Under the pieces are notes generated by a model. The model searched no databases. It had not been told where the DNA came from and was given only the letters and a program-made list of their open reading frames with translations. Source: an uncultured Acidimicrobiia bacterium (GTDB lineage: Bacteria > Actinomycetota > Acidimicrobiia > Acidimicrobiales > AC-14). Taken from it: a stretch of 64,000 nucleotides of DNA. Below are positions 1 to 8,958 of the stretch, one piece after another. Position numbers and translations under genes: made by a program. The stretch lies in the NCBI GenBank assembly GCA_963836205.1, contig CAWIIV010000013.1:1-64000 (forward strand), given 5' to 3'. Numbering within the stretch: the stretch's first letter is position 1; each line of letters starts with the position of its first letter.

Positions 1-785
1 CGGAGCTGCGGGAGCCCTTCGGCCGGCTGTTCACCCAGGGCATGATCCGGATGGACGGGTCGAAGATGTCGAAGTCGAGGGGCAACCTGGTCGCCCCCGA
101 GCAGTACTTCTCGACGGTGGGCGCCGATGCCCTGCGCCTGTTCCACCTGTTCGTCGGGCCCCCGGCCGACGACGTCGACTGGACAGCGGAGACCGACAAC
201 GTCATCGACGGCGCCGGCCGCTACCTGGCCCGCGTGTGGCGGCTGGCCATGGGCGAGGTGGAAGCGGTAGAGATGGCCGAAGGCACGGCGCCGCCCGGCC
301 CCCCGGGCAGCCTGGAGCGGGCCACCCACCAGCTCATCTCCCGGGTGAGCGACGACTACGCCCGCTGGTCGTACAACACCGCGGTGGCGGCGTGCATGGA
401 GTTCACCAACCTCCTGTACAAGCACGTCCAGGCCGGTACCGAGCGGGCGTCGGTGAAGTTCGCGGTCGACAGCCTGCTCCTGCTGCTGGCGCCGATGGTG
501 CCCCACGTCACCGCCGAGCTGTGGGAGGGCCGCCACCCGGGCGAGCACATCCACGAGCTGCCGTGGCCGACGTTCGACGCGGCCCGGGCGGCCGCCCTCA
601 CCGCCACCATGGTGGTGCAGGTCAACGGCAAGGTCCGCGACAAGATGGAGGTCGACGTCGGGATCGGGCCCGACGAGATGGAACGTCTGGCCCTGGCATC
701 GTCGAAGGTGCAGGCCACGCTCGACGGGCGCACCCCGAAGAAGGTGGTCACCCGCCCGCCGAAGCTCGTCAACCTGGTGGTGTAG
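1..785 (+). CDS. leuS: Leucyl-tRNA synthetase, C-terminal part (5' end outside window)
   Basis: KMSKS class I motif, GADALRLF, YNTAVAACMEF, PMVPHVTAELWE and VQVNGKVR C-terminal domain typical of LeuRS. Confidence 0.93.
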   Translation, partial: ELREPFGRLFTQGMIRMDGSKMSKSRGNLVAPEQYFSTVGADALRLFHLFVGPPADDVDWTAETDNVIDGAGRYLARVWRLAMGEVEAVEMAEGTAPPGPPGSLERATHQLISRVSDDYARWSYNTAVAACMEFTNLLYKHVQAGTERASVKFAVDSLLLLLAPMVPHVTAELWEGRHPGEHIHELPWPTFDAARAAALTATMVVQVNGKVRDKMEVDVGIGPDEMERLALASSKVQATLDGRTPKKVVTRPPKLVNLVV

Positions 786-813
786 GGCTCGCCTTGGCGG
801 CCAGTACGAACGG

Positions 814-1245
814 GTGATCCCGTGGGCGGACAGTGCCGGCGTGGTGGAGCTCCCCGACGGCCGCCGAGTTCGCGGGCGCGGCCTGCGCCACCCGCCGCCT
901 GACGGTCCCGATCCGGAGTTCGCGCTCTACCTCCTTGCTCGCGACCCCGGGCCCTTTGCCTGGGAGCACCGTTGGGTGCGGTGGCCCGACTTCCGCACTC
1001 CGGCGTCCACCGACGACGCCGTCGCCGCCCTCCGGGAGGCGTACGGCCGCTGTGGGGGGGAGCGGGTGGAGATCGCCTGCGGGGGAGGTGTCGGCCGCAC
1101 CGGGACGGCGTTGGCGGGCATGGCCGTGCTGGCCGGAGTCCCGCCGGCGGAGGCGGTCGACTGGGTGCGCCGACGGTACAACCGGCGGGCGGTCGAGACC
1201 CCGTGGCAACGACGATGGGTTCGCCACCTCAGGGCCGGTCGGTAG
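814..1245 (+). CDS. Protein-tyrosine/dual-specificity phosphatase family protein
   Basis: WPD loop (RWPDF) and CX5R P-loop IACGGGVGRTG; AVET..Q C-terminal motif. Confidence 0.85.
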   Translation: MIPWADSAGVVELPDGRRVRGRGLRHPPPDGPDPEFALYLLARDPGPFAWEHRWVRWPDFRTPASTDDAVAALREAYGRCGGERVEIACGGGVGRTGTALAGMAVLAGVPPAEAVDWVRRRYNRRAVETPWQRRWVRHLRAGR

Positions 1246-1269
1246 GGCGGCGGATACCGTTGGTCCCGG

Positions 1270-1659
1270 GTGTTCCTCTCCCTCGACTTCGTGTACGTGC
1301 CGACGGCCGACGTCGACGCCACCGCCGACCGGTACGTGGCAGCCATTGGGGCGGAGCTGCTCTGGAAGGTGCGGGGGATGGGGACGGTGGTGGCGTGCCT
1401 GCGGGTGTCGGATAACGGGCCGTCCGTCCTCCTCTCGGGTCACCTGCAGGGCGACAACCCGGTCCTCGTCTGGCGGGTGGCGGACTACACGGAGGCGGTG
1501 GCGGCCCTGCGGGCGGGTGGCATCGCCGACATCGACGAGCTGGAGATTCCTCACGGACCGTGTGCCGGCTTCCGGGCCCCCGGCGGCCAGCGCATGGCCG
1601 TCTACCAGCTGGTCCGTCCCGGAGCCGACGCCCATTTCGCGGGCCGAATCGACGACTGA
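1270..1659 (+). CDS. VOC/glyoxalase-like protein
   Basis: 129 aa, two beta-alpha-beta-beta-beta halves (DFVYVPTADVD..., VWRVADY...EIPHGPCAGFRAPGG). Confidence 0.7.
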   Translation: MFLSLDFVYVPTADVDATADRYVAAIGAELLWKVRGMGTVVACLRVSDNGPSVLLSGHLQGDNPVLVWRVADYTEAVAALRAGGIADIDELEIPHGPCAGFRAPGGQRMAVYQLVRPGADAHFAGRIDD

Positions 1660-1742
1660 ACCAGCTCAGAGCGAAGGAGAGATGCGATGGCGCTGAACGC
1701 CTACCTCACGGTGAAGGGCCAGCAGCAGGGCGACATCAAAGG

Positions 1743-3155
1743 GGTTCTTCGCGAAACCTGGTGATCGCGCCGCCTGAATGGCTTCCCCGTCATCATCGGC
1801 GATCCCGGCCTCAGCTCGCCAGCGCTGGCGGGTGACCGGAGCAGAACAGAAGCACCCGGACTCGGTAGTTGGCTCTGGAGGCGAACCCGTACGCCATTCG
1901 CTCCAGCACCTCGATGCGGGTGTTCACCCCCTCCGAGGCTCCGTTGGTGGCCCGGTCGGTCTTGTGGAAGTTGAGCGCCTCGACCCCCCAGCGGCAGAAC
2001 GTGGTGATGGCCGATCCCAGGTTGATTCCCGCGGCCAGGTAGGCGTCGGTGAACCAGTCCAGCGCTTGCTCGGCGTCGGCGTCGTTCTCGGCGCAGAACA
2101 CGACGTGAAATCTCTGCACCAGGCCCCACACCACGCCGAGCTCGGGAAGGGCGTCGAAGAGTGCGCCCAGGCGGGCCATCTCCTCGCCGCTGAGTCGGTC
2201 GAGCCGCTTCATCAGCAGGAACCGGGCCCGGAACACCTCGGCGTCATGCGGCTGGCCGAGGGGGCTGCGCTGGGCGTCCCGGCGGGCGCTGACCAGCACC
2301 TTGGCGAAGCCGCGCACGACATGGAACCGATCCGCCACGTGGCGGGCGTGGGGCAGGTGCTTGCGCACCGCAACCCGGTAGCATTCGGCCATGTCGGTCA
2401 CCACCACCGACACGCCCCCTCGCCAAGATGGGCTCTGAGCTGCGAGGAAGCCCCCCAGCACATCCGCCGAGCGGCCCTTGAGCACGGCGATGACGGCGCC
2501 CCGGTCGCCGTCGGTGAGGATGGTGGAGAACTGGCCCCGGCCCTTGCGCATCGACTTCTCGTCGACCAGCAGCACCCGGCACGGACGACGCCGTCGAGCC
2601 CGGGCCAGCAGCTCGCCCTCGGCCAGCACCAGGCGCATCACCCGGTGCCAGGACAGTCCGTGGCGGCGGGCCACGGCGGAAACGGTCATGTCCTTGGCGT
2701 CGGCCACCACCGCCCGGGCCAGTCGCCTGGTCATGCGGTCGACGAAGAACGGATGGCTCTCCGTCGTCGTCGTGCGACAGTTCTTGCACCGGAACCGGCG
2801 GCGGTGCCAGACCAGGGTGACGGGCCGTCCCGACACGGCCAGGTCGGCGATGCGGACCTTGCGGGTGGCATGCACCCGGGCCGTCTTGTGCCCGCAGGCC
2901 GAGCAGCGGATCACGTTGGCGATGGCCACCACCGCCACCACCAGGGACTCGGGCAGGTCCTCCACCACCTCCAGTACACGCACCGCGCGCAGGTGCAGGC
3001 GGATCGTCATAGCGTCGAGGGCAGCCACCAGGCCTCCTTGTTCGATCAGCTTCGTCACTGACCAGTTCAGGAGGCCCGGTGGCCCAGATGGTGGATGCCG
3101 GCTACGGCACCGGCGCCCCTTCACGAGAGGCCGTCACCAGCTTTCGCGAAGAGGG
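1743..3155 (-). mobile_element. ISL3-family insertion sequence (1413 bp)
   Basis: 8-bp direct repeat ATCAAAGG at 1735-1742 and 3156-3163; imperfect terminal IRs sharing TCTTCGCGAAA(C/G)CTGGTGA; internal ISL3 transposase. Confidence 0.92.
1811..3124 (-). CDS. ISL3-family transposase (true start probably near 3010-3050)
   Basis: Zn-finger CSACG...RFRCKNC, HTH region, DDE motifs LVDEK, VTDM, ADRFHVV, TNGASEGVNTRI. Confidence 0.92.
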   Translation of the reverse strand: MKGRRCRSRHPPSGPPGLLNWSVTKLIEQGGLVAALDAMTIRLHLRAVRVLEVVEDLPESLVVAVVAIANVIRCSACGHKTARVHATRKVRIADLAVSGRPVTLVWHRRRFRCKNCRTTTTESHPFFVDRMTRRLARAVVADAKDMTVSAVARRHGLSWHRVMRLVLAEGELLARARRRRPCRVLLVDEKSMRKGRGQFSTILTDGDRGAVIAVLKGRSADVLGGFLAAQSPSWRGGVSVVVTDMAECYRVAVRKHLPHARHVADRFHVVRGFAKVLVSARRDAQRSPLGQPHDAEVFRARFLLMKRLDRLSGEEMARLGALFDALPELGVVWGLVQRFHVVFCAENDADAEQALDWFTDAYLAAGINLGSAITTFCRWGVEALNFHKTDRATNGASEGVNTRIEVLERMAYGFASRANYRVRVLLFCSGHPPALAS

Positions 3156-3623
3156 ATCAAAGGCGGCGTGACCCAGAAGGGCCGGGAAGGGACGATGCTG
3201 GTCTACGCCGCCACCCACGACGTGGCGTCGCCCCGTGACATGGCGTCGGGTCAGGCCTCGGGCCGGCGGATGCACAAGCCGTTCGTCATCACCAAGGCGG
3301 TCGACCGGTCGACGCCGCAGCTCTACCAGGCCATGGTGACGAACGAGAACCTGCCCGCGTGGACCCTTCGCTTCTTCCGGACGGCGACGGCCGGGGCCGG
3401 TGGCCCGGGCGTCGAGGTGCAGCACTACACGGTCAAGCTGACGAACGCCTCGATCTCTGGGATCGGCTTCCGCATGCCCAGCAACCAGGATCCCGACCTG
3501 GCCCGGCTGGCCGAGTACGAGGAGGTCGCCTTCGTCTACCAGCGCATCGAGTGGACGTGGGTCGACGGCGGGATCACGGCCGCCGACGACTGGAACGCGA
3601 CGAATCTCTGACCTCTTTCGGGA

Positions 3624-4511
3624 CTACGGGCCCTGATCGCGCAGGAACTTCTCCAGCTCGGCGGCCAGCTCGTCGCCCGAGGGGAGGTTGGCCCAGCCGG
3701 CGGCGATGGCGCTCTGGTTCTCGGCCTCGGCGTCGAACTGCGTCTCCAGCTGGCGGATCAGGGTGCGGTGCTGGTTGCTGTTCGACGCCAGCTCCTCGAG
3801 CCGGCGGTTGGTGTCCTCGGCCGCCTCCTGCAGGTCGGGGGCCTCGACGACGACGCCCGTCACCCGGGCCAGGCCGTCGAGGAGTTGGAGGCTGGCCGCG
3901 GGATAGGGCAGCCCGGCCGCGTAGTGCGGCACCCGGGCCCAGAGGCCGATGGTGGGGACGCCGTCGACGCCCAACCGTTCCCCGAGGGCGGCCAGGATGC
4001 CGGCCGGAACCTGCAGGGTGCCGGAGACCACACCGACCGACGTCGCCAGCTCGGACGACGACGCGCTGGCGGCCAGGGGCGAGGTCCGGGTGTGGGGCAC
4101 GGGGGCGGGGAACCCGGCCATCCCGACCAGGAGGCGGGCGCCGAACATCCCCGCCAGCTCGGCCACCGCTTCCGCAAACGCGTGCCACCGGCTGTCGGGC
4201 TCGGGGCCGACGAGGACGAGGACGTCGTGGCCGAGCTCGTCGCGTCCTGAGCGCAGCTCGATCTGGGGCCAGCTGAGGTCCTGGTAGACGCCGTCCTCCA
4301 TGAGCGAGATCGGGCGGCGGGCCCGGTAGTCGATGAACTCGTCGGAGTCGAAGGTGGCCACCAGCTCGGTGGGGATCGCCTTGAGCAGGGCGGCCATCGC
4401 CCCCGCCCCGGCCAGCCCGGCGTCGATCCACCCGTCGGGAGCGAGCACCAGCGCCGGTTGCTCGAGCTCCGGTCGAGTGTGGATCTGGTAGAGCCGCGGA
4501 TCTTGAGCCAT
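3624..4511 (-). CDS. PAC2-family proteasome assembly chaperone
   Basis: DGWIDAG, FIDYRARRP, GPEPDSRW, PVPHTR, LWARVPHY, LPSGDELAAELEKFLR. Confidence 0.88.
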   Translation of the reverse strand: MAQDPRLYQIHTRPELEQPALVLAPDGWIDAGLAGAGAMAALLKAIPTELVATFDSDEFIDYRARRPISLMEDGVYQDLSWPQIELRSGRDELGHDVLVLVGPEPDSRWHAFAEAVAELAGMFGARLLVGMAGFPAPVPHTRTSPLAASASSSELATSVGVVSGTLQVPAGILAALGERLGVDGVPTIGLWARVPHYAAGLPYPAASLQLLDGLARVTGVVVEAPDLQEAAEDTNRRLEELASNSNQHRTLIRQLETQFDAEAENQSAIAAGWANLPSGDELAAELEKFLRDQGP

Positions 4512-4571
4512 TTCGATCCAAGGTACCTTCGGATTCGGAATCCACCGCGAGGCCGAAGGGTTGAGAGTCGT

Positions 4572-5306
4572 ATGGCCGATGTCACCGACGCCACATTCGA
4601 ACGCGATGTCCTGGAGCGGTCGGTCGAGGTGCCGGTCGTCGTCGACCTGTGGGCGGAGTGGTGCGGGCCGTGCCGCACGCTGGGTCCCATCATCGAGCGG
4701 GTGGTGGCGGCCACCGGCGGCCGGGTCGAGCTGGCCAAGGTCGACGTCGACGCCAACCCCCGGGTGTCCAGCACCTTCAACGTGCAGTCGATCCCGGCCG
4801 TGTTCGCCCTGCGCGACCGTCGCATCGTCGACTCCTTCATCGGCGCCCTGCCCGAGGCCCAGGTCCAGGCCTTCGTCGACAAGCTGGCGCCGGCTATGTC
4901 GGAGGCCGATCAGTTGGTGGCTGTCGGCGACGAGGTGTCGCTGCGCCAGGCACTGGAGCTGCAGCACGACCACCCGGCAGCGGTCGTCGCCCTGGCTGAC
5001 CTGCTCATCGACGCGGGAGTGGTCGAGGAGGCGCTGGAGCTGTTGAAGCGGCTGCCGGAGACGGCCGAGGTGCGCCGGGTGGCGGCCCGAGCCCGGCTGG
5101 CGAGTGTTGCGGGTGTGGCTGTTGGCGAGGGTGACGCGGGTGGCGACGCTGAGGCCGGGATCGAGGAGCAGTTCGAGGCGCTGCTGGGCCGGGTCAAGGA
5201 CGACGAGGCCGCTCGCCAGCAGTACCTCGACATGCTCGAGTTGCTGGGCGACGAAGACCCCCGGCGAGCGCAGTACCGGCGGGCGCTGGCCTCCCGGCTG
5301 TACTGA
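4572..5306 (+). CDS. Thioredoxin-TPR protein (YbbN/CnoX family)
   Basis: VDLWAEWCGPC thioredoxin domain followed by helical TPR region ending YRRALASRLY. Confidence 0.88.
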   Translation: MADVTDATFERDVLERSVEVPVVVDLWAEWCGPCRTLGPIIERVVAATGGRVELAKVDVDANPRVSSTFNVQSIPAVFALRDRRIVDSFIGALPEAQVQAFVDKLAPAMSEADQLVAVGDEVSLRQALELQHDHPAAVVALADLLIDAGVVEEALELLKRLPETAEVRRVAARARLASVAGVAVGEGDAGGDAEAGIEEQFEALLGRVKDDEAARQQYLDMLELLGDEDPRRAQYRRALASRLY

Positions 5307-5322
5307 GGCGACGGGCGCGGCG

Positions 5323-5679
5323 ATGGGGATCCGCCGGCGGGGCGACCATTGGGTCTGGGTGGGCGGGCCGGTGCCGCCCGGGTCCGACGCCATCACCGTC
5401 TGGTCGGTGATCTCGATCCGCCGGTCGGCCGCCGACAGTGTCCGGCTGCTGCGACACGAGGAGGAGCACGTCCGCCAGTGGCACGCGCTGGGGCCGATCG
5501 GCTTCCTCCGGCGCTATCTGGGGGCGTACGTCTCGGGACGGGTCCACGGGTTCGGCCACCGGGCCGCCTACCGCATGATCCCCCTCGAGATCGAGGCCGA
5601 GGACGCCGCCCGCCGGTACGTGGAGAGCGGTGGAGCCGGCGAAGGCACCGCCGGCGGCGGAGGCGGCAGCCTGCCGTAG
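5323..5679 (+). CDS. Small HExxH zincin-like protein (DUF4157-like)
   Basis: DAITV...LLRHEEEHVRQW...PLEIEA motif pattern. Confidence 0.6.
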   Translation: MGIRRRGDHWVWVGGPVPPGSDAITVWSVISIRRSAADSVRLLRHEEEHVRQWHALGPIGFLRRYLGAYVSGRVHGFGHRAAYRMIPLEIEAEDAARRYVESGGAGEGTAGGGGGSLP

Positions 5680-5708
5680 GCGTCCGGCGGGTTTCGGGCC
5701 CGCGCCCG

Positions 5709-5763
5709 CCGAGCGAGCGCCACTCGGGGTACCACCACGGGACTACTGGTGCCACTCGCTCGG
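5709..5763. repeat. Imperfect intergenic palindrome (REP-like)
   Basis: CCGAGCGAG...CTCGCTCGG arms with a partially paired interior. Confidence 0.45.
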
Positions 5764-5848
5764 ATCGCTCCGCCGCACCCCCCTGCCTGGGGGATCGGTA
5801 CGACCCGGCCCGCCGATGGCGGTCGGCGTCCCCCCGGCGGCGGCGGAA

Positions 5849-5870
5849 TGTCGTAGCCATCGGATAACCT
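5849..5870 (+). promoter_or_regulatory. Candidate PafBC/RecA-NDp-type DNA-damage promoter
   Basis: TGTCG-N11-TAACCT upstream of comEA matches the spacing of TGTCGG-N10-TA-N3-T (sixth base T instead of G). Confidence 0.45.
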
Positions 5871-5922
5871 GGTTCCGCCGGCTTCCCCCTTGGCTGTAGC
5901 CCGTCGCCGTGGGGAATTGCCG

Positions 5923-6672
5923 ATGTCCGACCTCCTGCAGGTCCCTTCCTCTTCGCCACCCAATTGGGTGGTTCGGTTGGCCGTCGTCCGGGCGGCGGTC
6001 ACCCCGATCCGCGTCGTTCTCGCCGTCGTCGGCGTGGCCGCGGTCATCGCCTTCGGAGTCGTCTTCCTCCGCACTCCGTCGCACCCGCCCGAGCTGGTGC
6101 TTCCCAAGGCGGGGGATGCGCCACCCGCGGCGTCAGCCCCGTCCGGGTCGGCACCGGGGCCGGCGGCGCTGGCTGGGCCGAGCACCACGGTTGTGGCCGG
6201 TGGCGCGGGTGTGGTCACGGTCCATGCCGCGGGTCAGGTGGTGGCGCCGGGCGTGTACTCGGTACCGGCCGGGTCGCGGGTTGCCGACCTCGTTACCGCC
6301 GCCGGCGGGCTGCTGCCCGAGGCCGACGTCGACCGTCTCAACCTGGCCGCGAGGCTCGTCGACGGCTCCCGCGTCTACATCCCCCGGAAGGGAGAGCCAC
6401 CACCGACCGAGGCACCGGGCGGCGATCCGGGGGCGGCCACCGGAGGCGGCGGGTCGGAGACAGGGACCGCTCCGAGCGCTCCGGTCGACCTCAACACCGC
6501 CACCGCCGCCCAGCTCGACACGCTGCCGGGGGTCGGTCCGGCGACAGCCAACGCCATCCTCACCTACCGAACCCGCAACGGGCGGTTCAAGTCGGTCACC
6601 GAGCTGCTCGAGGTCCCCGGCATCGGGCCCGCCAAGCTGGAGGCGATCCGGCCCCTGGTCATGGTGTCGTGA
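5923..6672 (+). CDS. comEA: Competence DNA receptor ComEA
   Basis: TM helix, SLBB (VHAAGQVVAPGVY..GSRVAD), HhH motifs LNTATAAQLDTLPGVGPATA and LLEVPGIGPAK. Confidence 0.93.
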   Translation: MSDLLQVPSSSPPNWVVRLAVVRAAVTPIRVVLAVVGVAAVIAFGVVFLRTPSHPPELVLPKAGDAPPAASAPSGSAPGPAALAGPSTTVVAGGAGVVTVHAAGQVVAPGVYSVPAGSRVADLVTAAGGLLPEADVDRLNLAARLVDGSRVYIPRKGEPPPTEAPGGDPGAATGGGGSETGTAPSAPVDLNTATAAQLDTLPGVGPATANAILTYRTRNGRFKSVTELLEVPGIGPAKLEAIRPLVMVS

Positions 6673-8528
6673 GCGCCCGTGCCTCGCCGATGGTGGCGTT
6701 GGCCGGCCGCCGGGCCGCGGGTGGCGCGGGCCGGTCCATGGGCGATGGGGCGGTGGTGGCGATGGCACTGGCGGCCGCCGCCGGCGCGTGGGCGTCGGTG
6801 CCGCTACCGCTCCTGGGGGTGGCGGCGGTCGCCGTCGTCGGAATGGCCGCGCGGCGGCCGGTGGTGGTCGTCGTCGGTGCGGCCCTGTTGGCATCTGCCC
6901 TGGGAGCGCGGGCCGAGGCCGGGTTGCGGCCGCCCATGGTGGGGCCGTGGAGGGGGACGGCCGTCCTCGTCGGCGATCCGGCCGACGCCTTCGGCGGGGT
7001 GCGGGTCGACGTGCGCATCCTGGGCAAACGGGTCGAGGCCCAGGCCCGGGGCGCCGCCGCCGCCCGCCTACGGGCCCGGCTGGCGGGGGAGCAGGTGGCG
7101 ATGGCGGGCGAGCTGCGTCCGGTGGCCGCGTCCGCCCGCCGGTACCTCGACCGGCGCCACGTGGCCGCCCAGCTGGTCGTGTCCGAGGTGGGCGGGTGGG
7201 AGCTGGGCCACGGTCCCAGCCGGCTGGCCAACGGCATCCGGCGCACGCTGCTCGCCGGGGTGGAGTCACTTCCGCCCGATCGGCGGGCGCTCTACTCCGG
7301 GTTCGTCCTGGGTGACGACCGCGGTCAGCCGGTGGAGATCACCGACGACTTCCGGGCCGCCGGGCTCACCCACCTGCTGGTGGTGAGCGGGCAGAACGTG
7401 GCCTTCGTCCTCGCCCTGCTCTCACCGCTGCTGCGCCGGCTCCGGCTCGGCGCCCGCCTGGGCGCGGGGCTGGTGCTGCTGATCCTCTTCGGGGTTCTCA
7501 CCCGGTGGGAGCCGTCGGTGCTGCGGGCCGAGGCCATGGCCGGCCTGGCCCTGCTGTCCTCCACCATGGGTCGGCCGGTGTCGGGCCTGCGCGTCCTGGC
7601 CCTGGCTGCCACCGGGCTGCTCCTCCTCGACCCCCTGCTGGTGGGGTCGCTGGGCTTTCTCCTGTCGGTGGGGGCCTCGGCCGGCATCCTGCTGCTGGCC
7701 AAGCCCATCGCCGCCTTGCTGCCCGGGCCCCGGCCACTGGCCCAGGCCCTCGGCGTCACGCTGGCGGCCCAGGTCGGTGTGGCTCCGGTCTTGGTGCCGG
7801 TGTTCGACGGGATCCCGGTGGCGTCGCTGCCGGCCAACCTGCTGGCGGTGCCGGTGGCCGGGCCTCTGATGATGTGGGGCATCGCCGCCGGCCTCCCGGC
7901 GGGCATCGTCGGAGGCCCGTTGGCCCGCATCGTCCACGTCCCAACCGAGACGATGGTGGCGTGGGTGGCGGCCGTCGCCCGTTGGGGCGCGGGGCTCCCC
8001 CTCGGGCGTGTCCGGCTACCGCATCTGGTGGCTCTGGTGGCGATCGGAGCGGGCGCCTTGGCGGTTCGCCGCCGGGGCAGACGGGGGGCTGTCCGCGGGC
8101 TGGCCGCGCTCGCTGTCGCCGTGTTGCTGGCGCCTGCGGTGGCAGCCCGATGGCCCCCGGCGCTCGACGGCCGCCCCCTGGTCCCGGGTGTCCACCTCTG
8201 GCGGGGGGGCGGCGCGACCGTGCTGGTCGTCGACGGCTCCACCACCACTTCGGGACGGCTCATGTCGGCCCTCCACAACCTCGACGTCCGCCGTCTCGAC
8301 GTGCTGGTGACGGCCCGGGCAGGGGTCGCCGCCGCCCGGTGGATCGAACCGGTGCTACGGCGGTTTCCGGCTGGTGTCCTGCTCGCTCCCCCCGGTCACC
8401 GACTGGCCGGCGCCATCGTCCCTCCAGTCGGCTCGCGCCTGGTTGTCGGGCCCCTGATAATCGATATCGACGAGATTTCTCCTGTTCTCGCTATTCGGGT
8501 GACAGAAGCCCGGGCGCCACCGGATTAG
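6669..8528 (+). CDS. comEC: Competence channel ComEC/Rec2
   Basis: GTGA coupling to comEA; LGDD..., AGLTHLLVVSGQN, PSVLRA, GFLLSV, PANLLA. Confidence 0.92.
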   Translation: MSARASPMVALAGRRAAGGAGRSMGDGAVVAMALAAAAGAWASVPLPLLGVAAVAVVGMAARRPVVVVVGAALLASALGARAEAGLRPPMVGPWRGTAVLVGDPADAFGGVRVDVRILGKRVEAQARGAAAARLRARLAGEQVAMAGELRPVAASARRYLDRRHVAAQLVVSEVGGWELGHGPSRLANGIRRTLLAGVESLPPDRRALYSGFVLGDDRGQPVEITDDFRAAGLTHLLVVSGQNVAFVLALLSPLLRRLRLGARLGAGLVLLILFGVLTRWEPSVLRAEAMAGLALLSSTMGRPVSGLRVLALAATGLLLLDPLLVGSLGFLLSVGASAGILLLAKPIAALLPGPRPLAQALGVTLAAQVGVAPVLVPVFDGIPVASLPANLLAVPVAGPLMMWGIAAGLPAGIVGGPLARIVHVPTETMVAWVAAVARWGAGLPLGRVRLPHLVALVAIGAGALAVRRRGRRGAVRGLAALAVAVLLAPAVAARWPPALDGRPLVPGVHLWRGGGATVLVVDGSTTTSGRLMSALHNLDVRRLDVLVTARAGVAAARWIEPVLRRFPAGVLLAPPGHRLAGAIVPPVGSRLVVGPLIIDIDEISPVLAIRVTEARAPPD

Positions 8529-8565
8529 TGTCGTATCGCTAATTGAAACGACACGAAGGAGTTCT

Positions 8566-8928
8566 GTGGCAGAAAAGGTGACGGTAGAGCTCGTCGATGA
8601 CCTCGATGGCAGCCCCGCCGACGAAAAGGTTCGCTTTGCCCTCGGCGGCAGTCAGTACGAGATCGACCTGTCCAGCGAGAACGCGGCCAAGTTCCGGGCT
8701 GCGCTCAAGCCGTACATCGACGCCGCCCGCCCACCCGGCCTGGCCTCCCAGAGCATCGCCCGCCGGGCCAGCAGCACCGGCAAGCGGGCCAGCAGCGGCG
8801 CGGCCGCCCTCGGGGTCGACCCCAAGGCAGTCCGGGTGTGGGCCGACGAGAAGGGCATCGAGGTCCCGTCCCGGGGTCGGATTCCCAAGCCGGTCCTCGA
8901 CCAGTACGTAGCCGCACTCCAGGGCTGA
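8566..8928 (+). CDS. lsr2: Lsr2 nucleoid-associated protein
   Basis: VELVDDLDG, YEIDLS, VRVWA..GIEVPSRGRIP AT-hook. Confidence 0.93.
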   Translation: MAEKVTVELVDDLDGSPADEKVRFALGGSQYEIDLSSENAAKFRAALKPYIDAARPPGLASQSIARRASSTGKRASSGAAALGVDPKAVRVWADEKGIEVPSRGRIPKPVLDQYVAALQG

Positions 8929-8958
8929 CCAGACCGCGCTCGGGATAGGTTCGCCGCC

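Larger units (their letters stand above)
1687..3611 (+). pseudogene. hcp: Type VI secretion tube protein Hcp/TssD, interrupted by ISL3 at codon 19
   Basis: SD AAGGAG then ATG 1687 (MALNAYLTVKGQQQGDIKG). Removing the IS and one TSD copy rejoins in frame with GVTQKGREG...SPRD..SGQASGRRMHKPFVITKAVDRSTPQLYQA...QHYTVKLTNASI...EYEEVAFVYQRIEWTWVDGGITAADDW, stop 3609-3611. Confidence 0.9.

Noticed and set aside
2478-3611. 377-aa ORF that looks like a novel Hcp fusion
   Set aside because: Its N-terminal ~225 aa are the antisense of the ISL3 transposase; only the part after 3156 is Hcp
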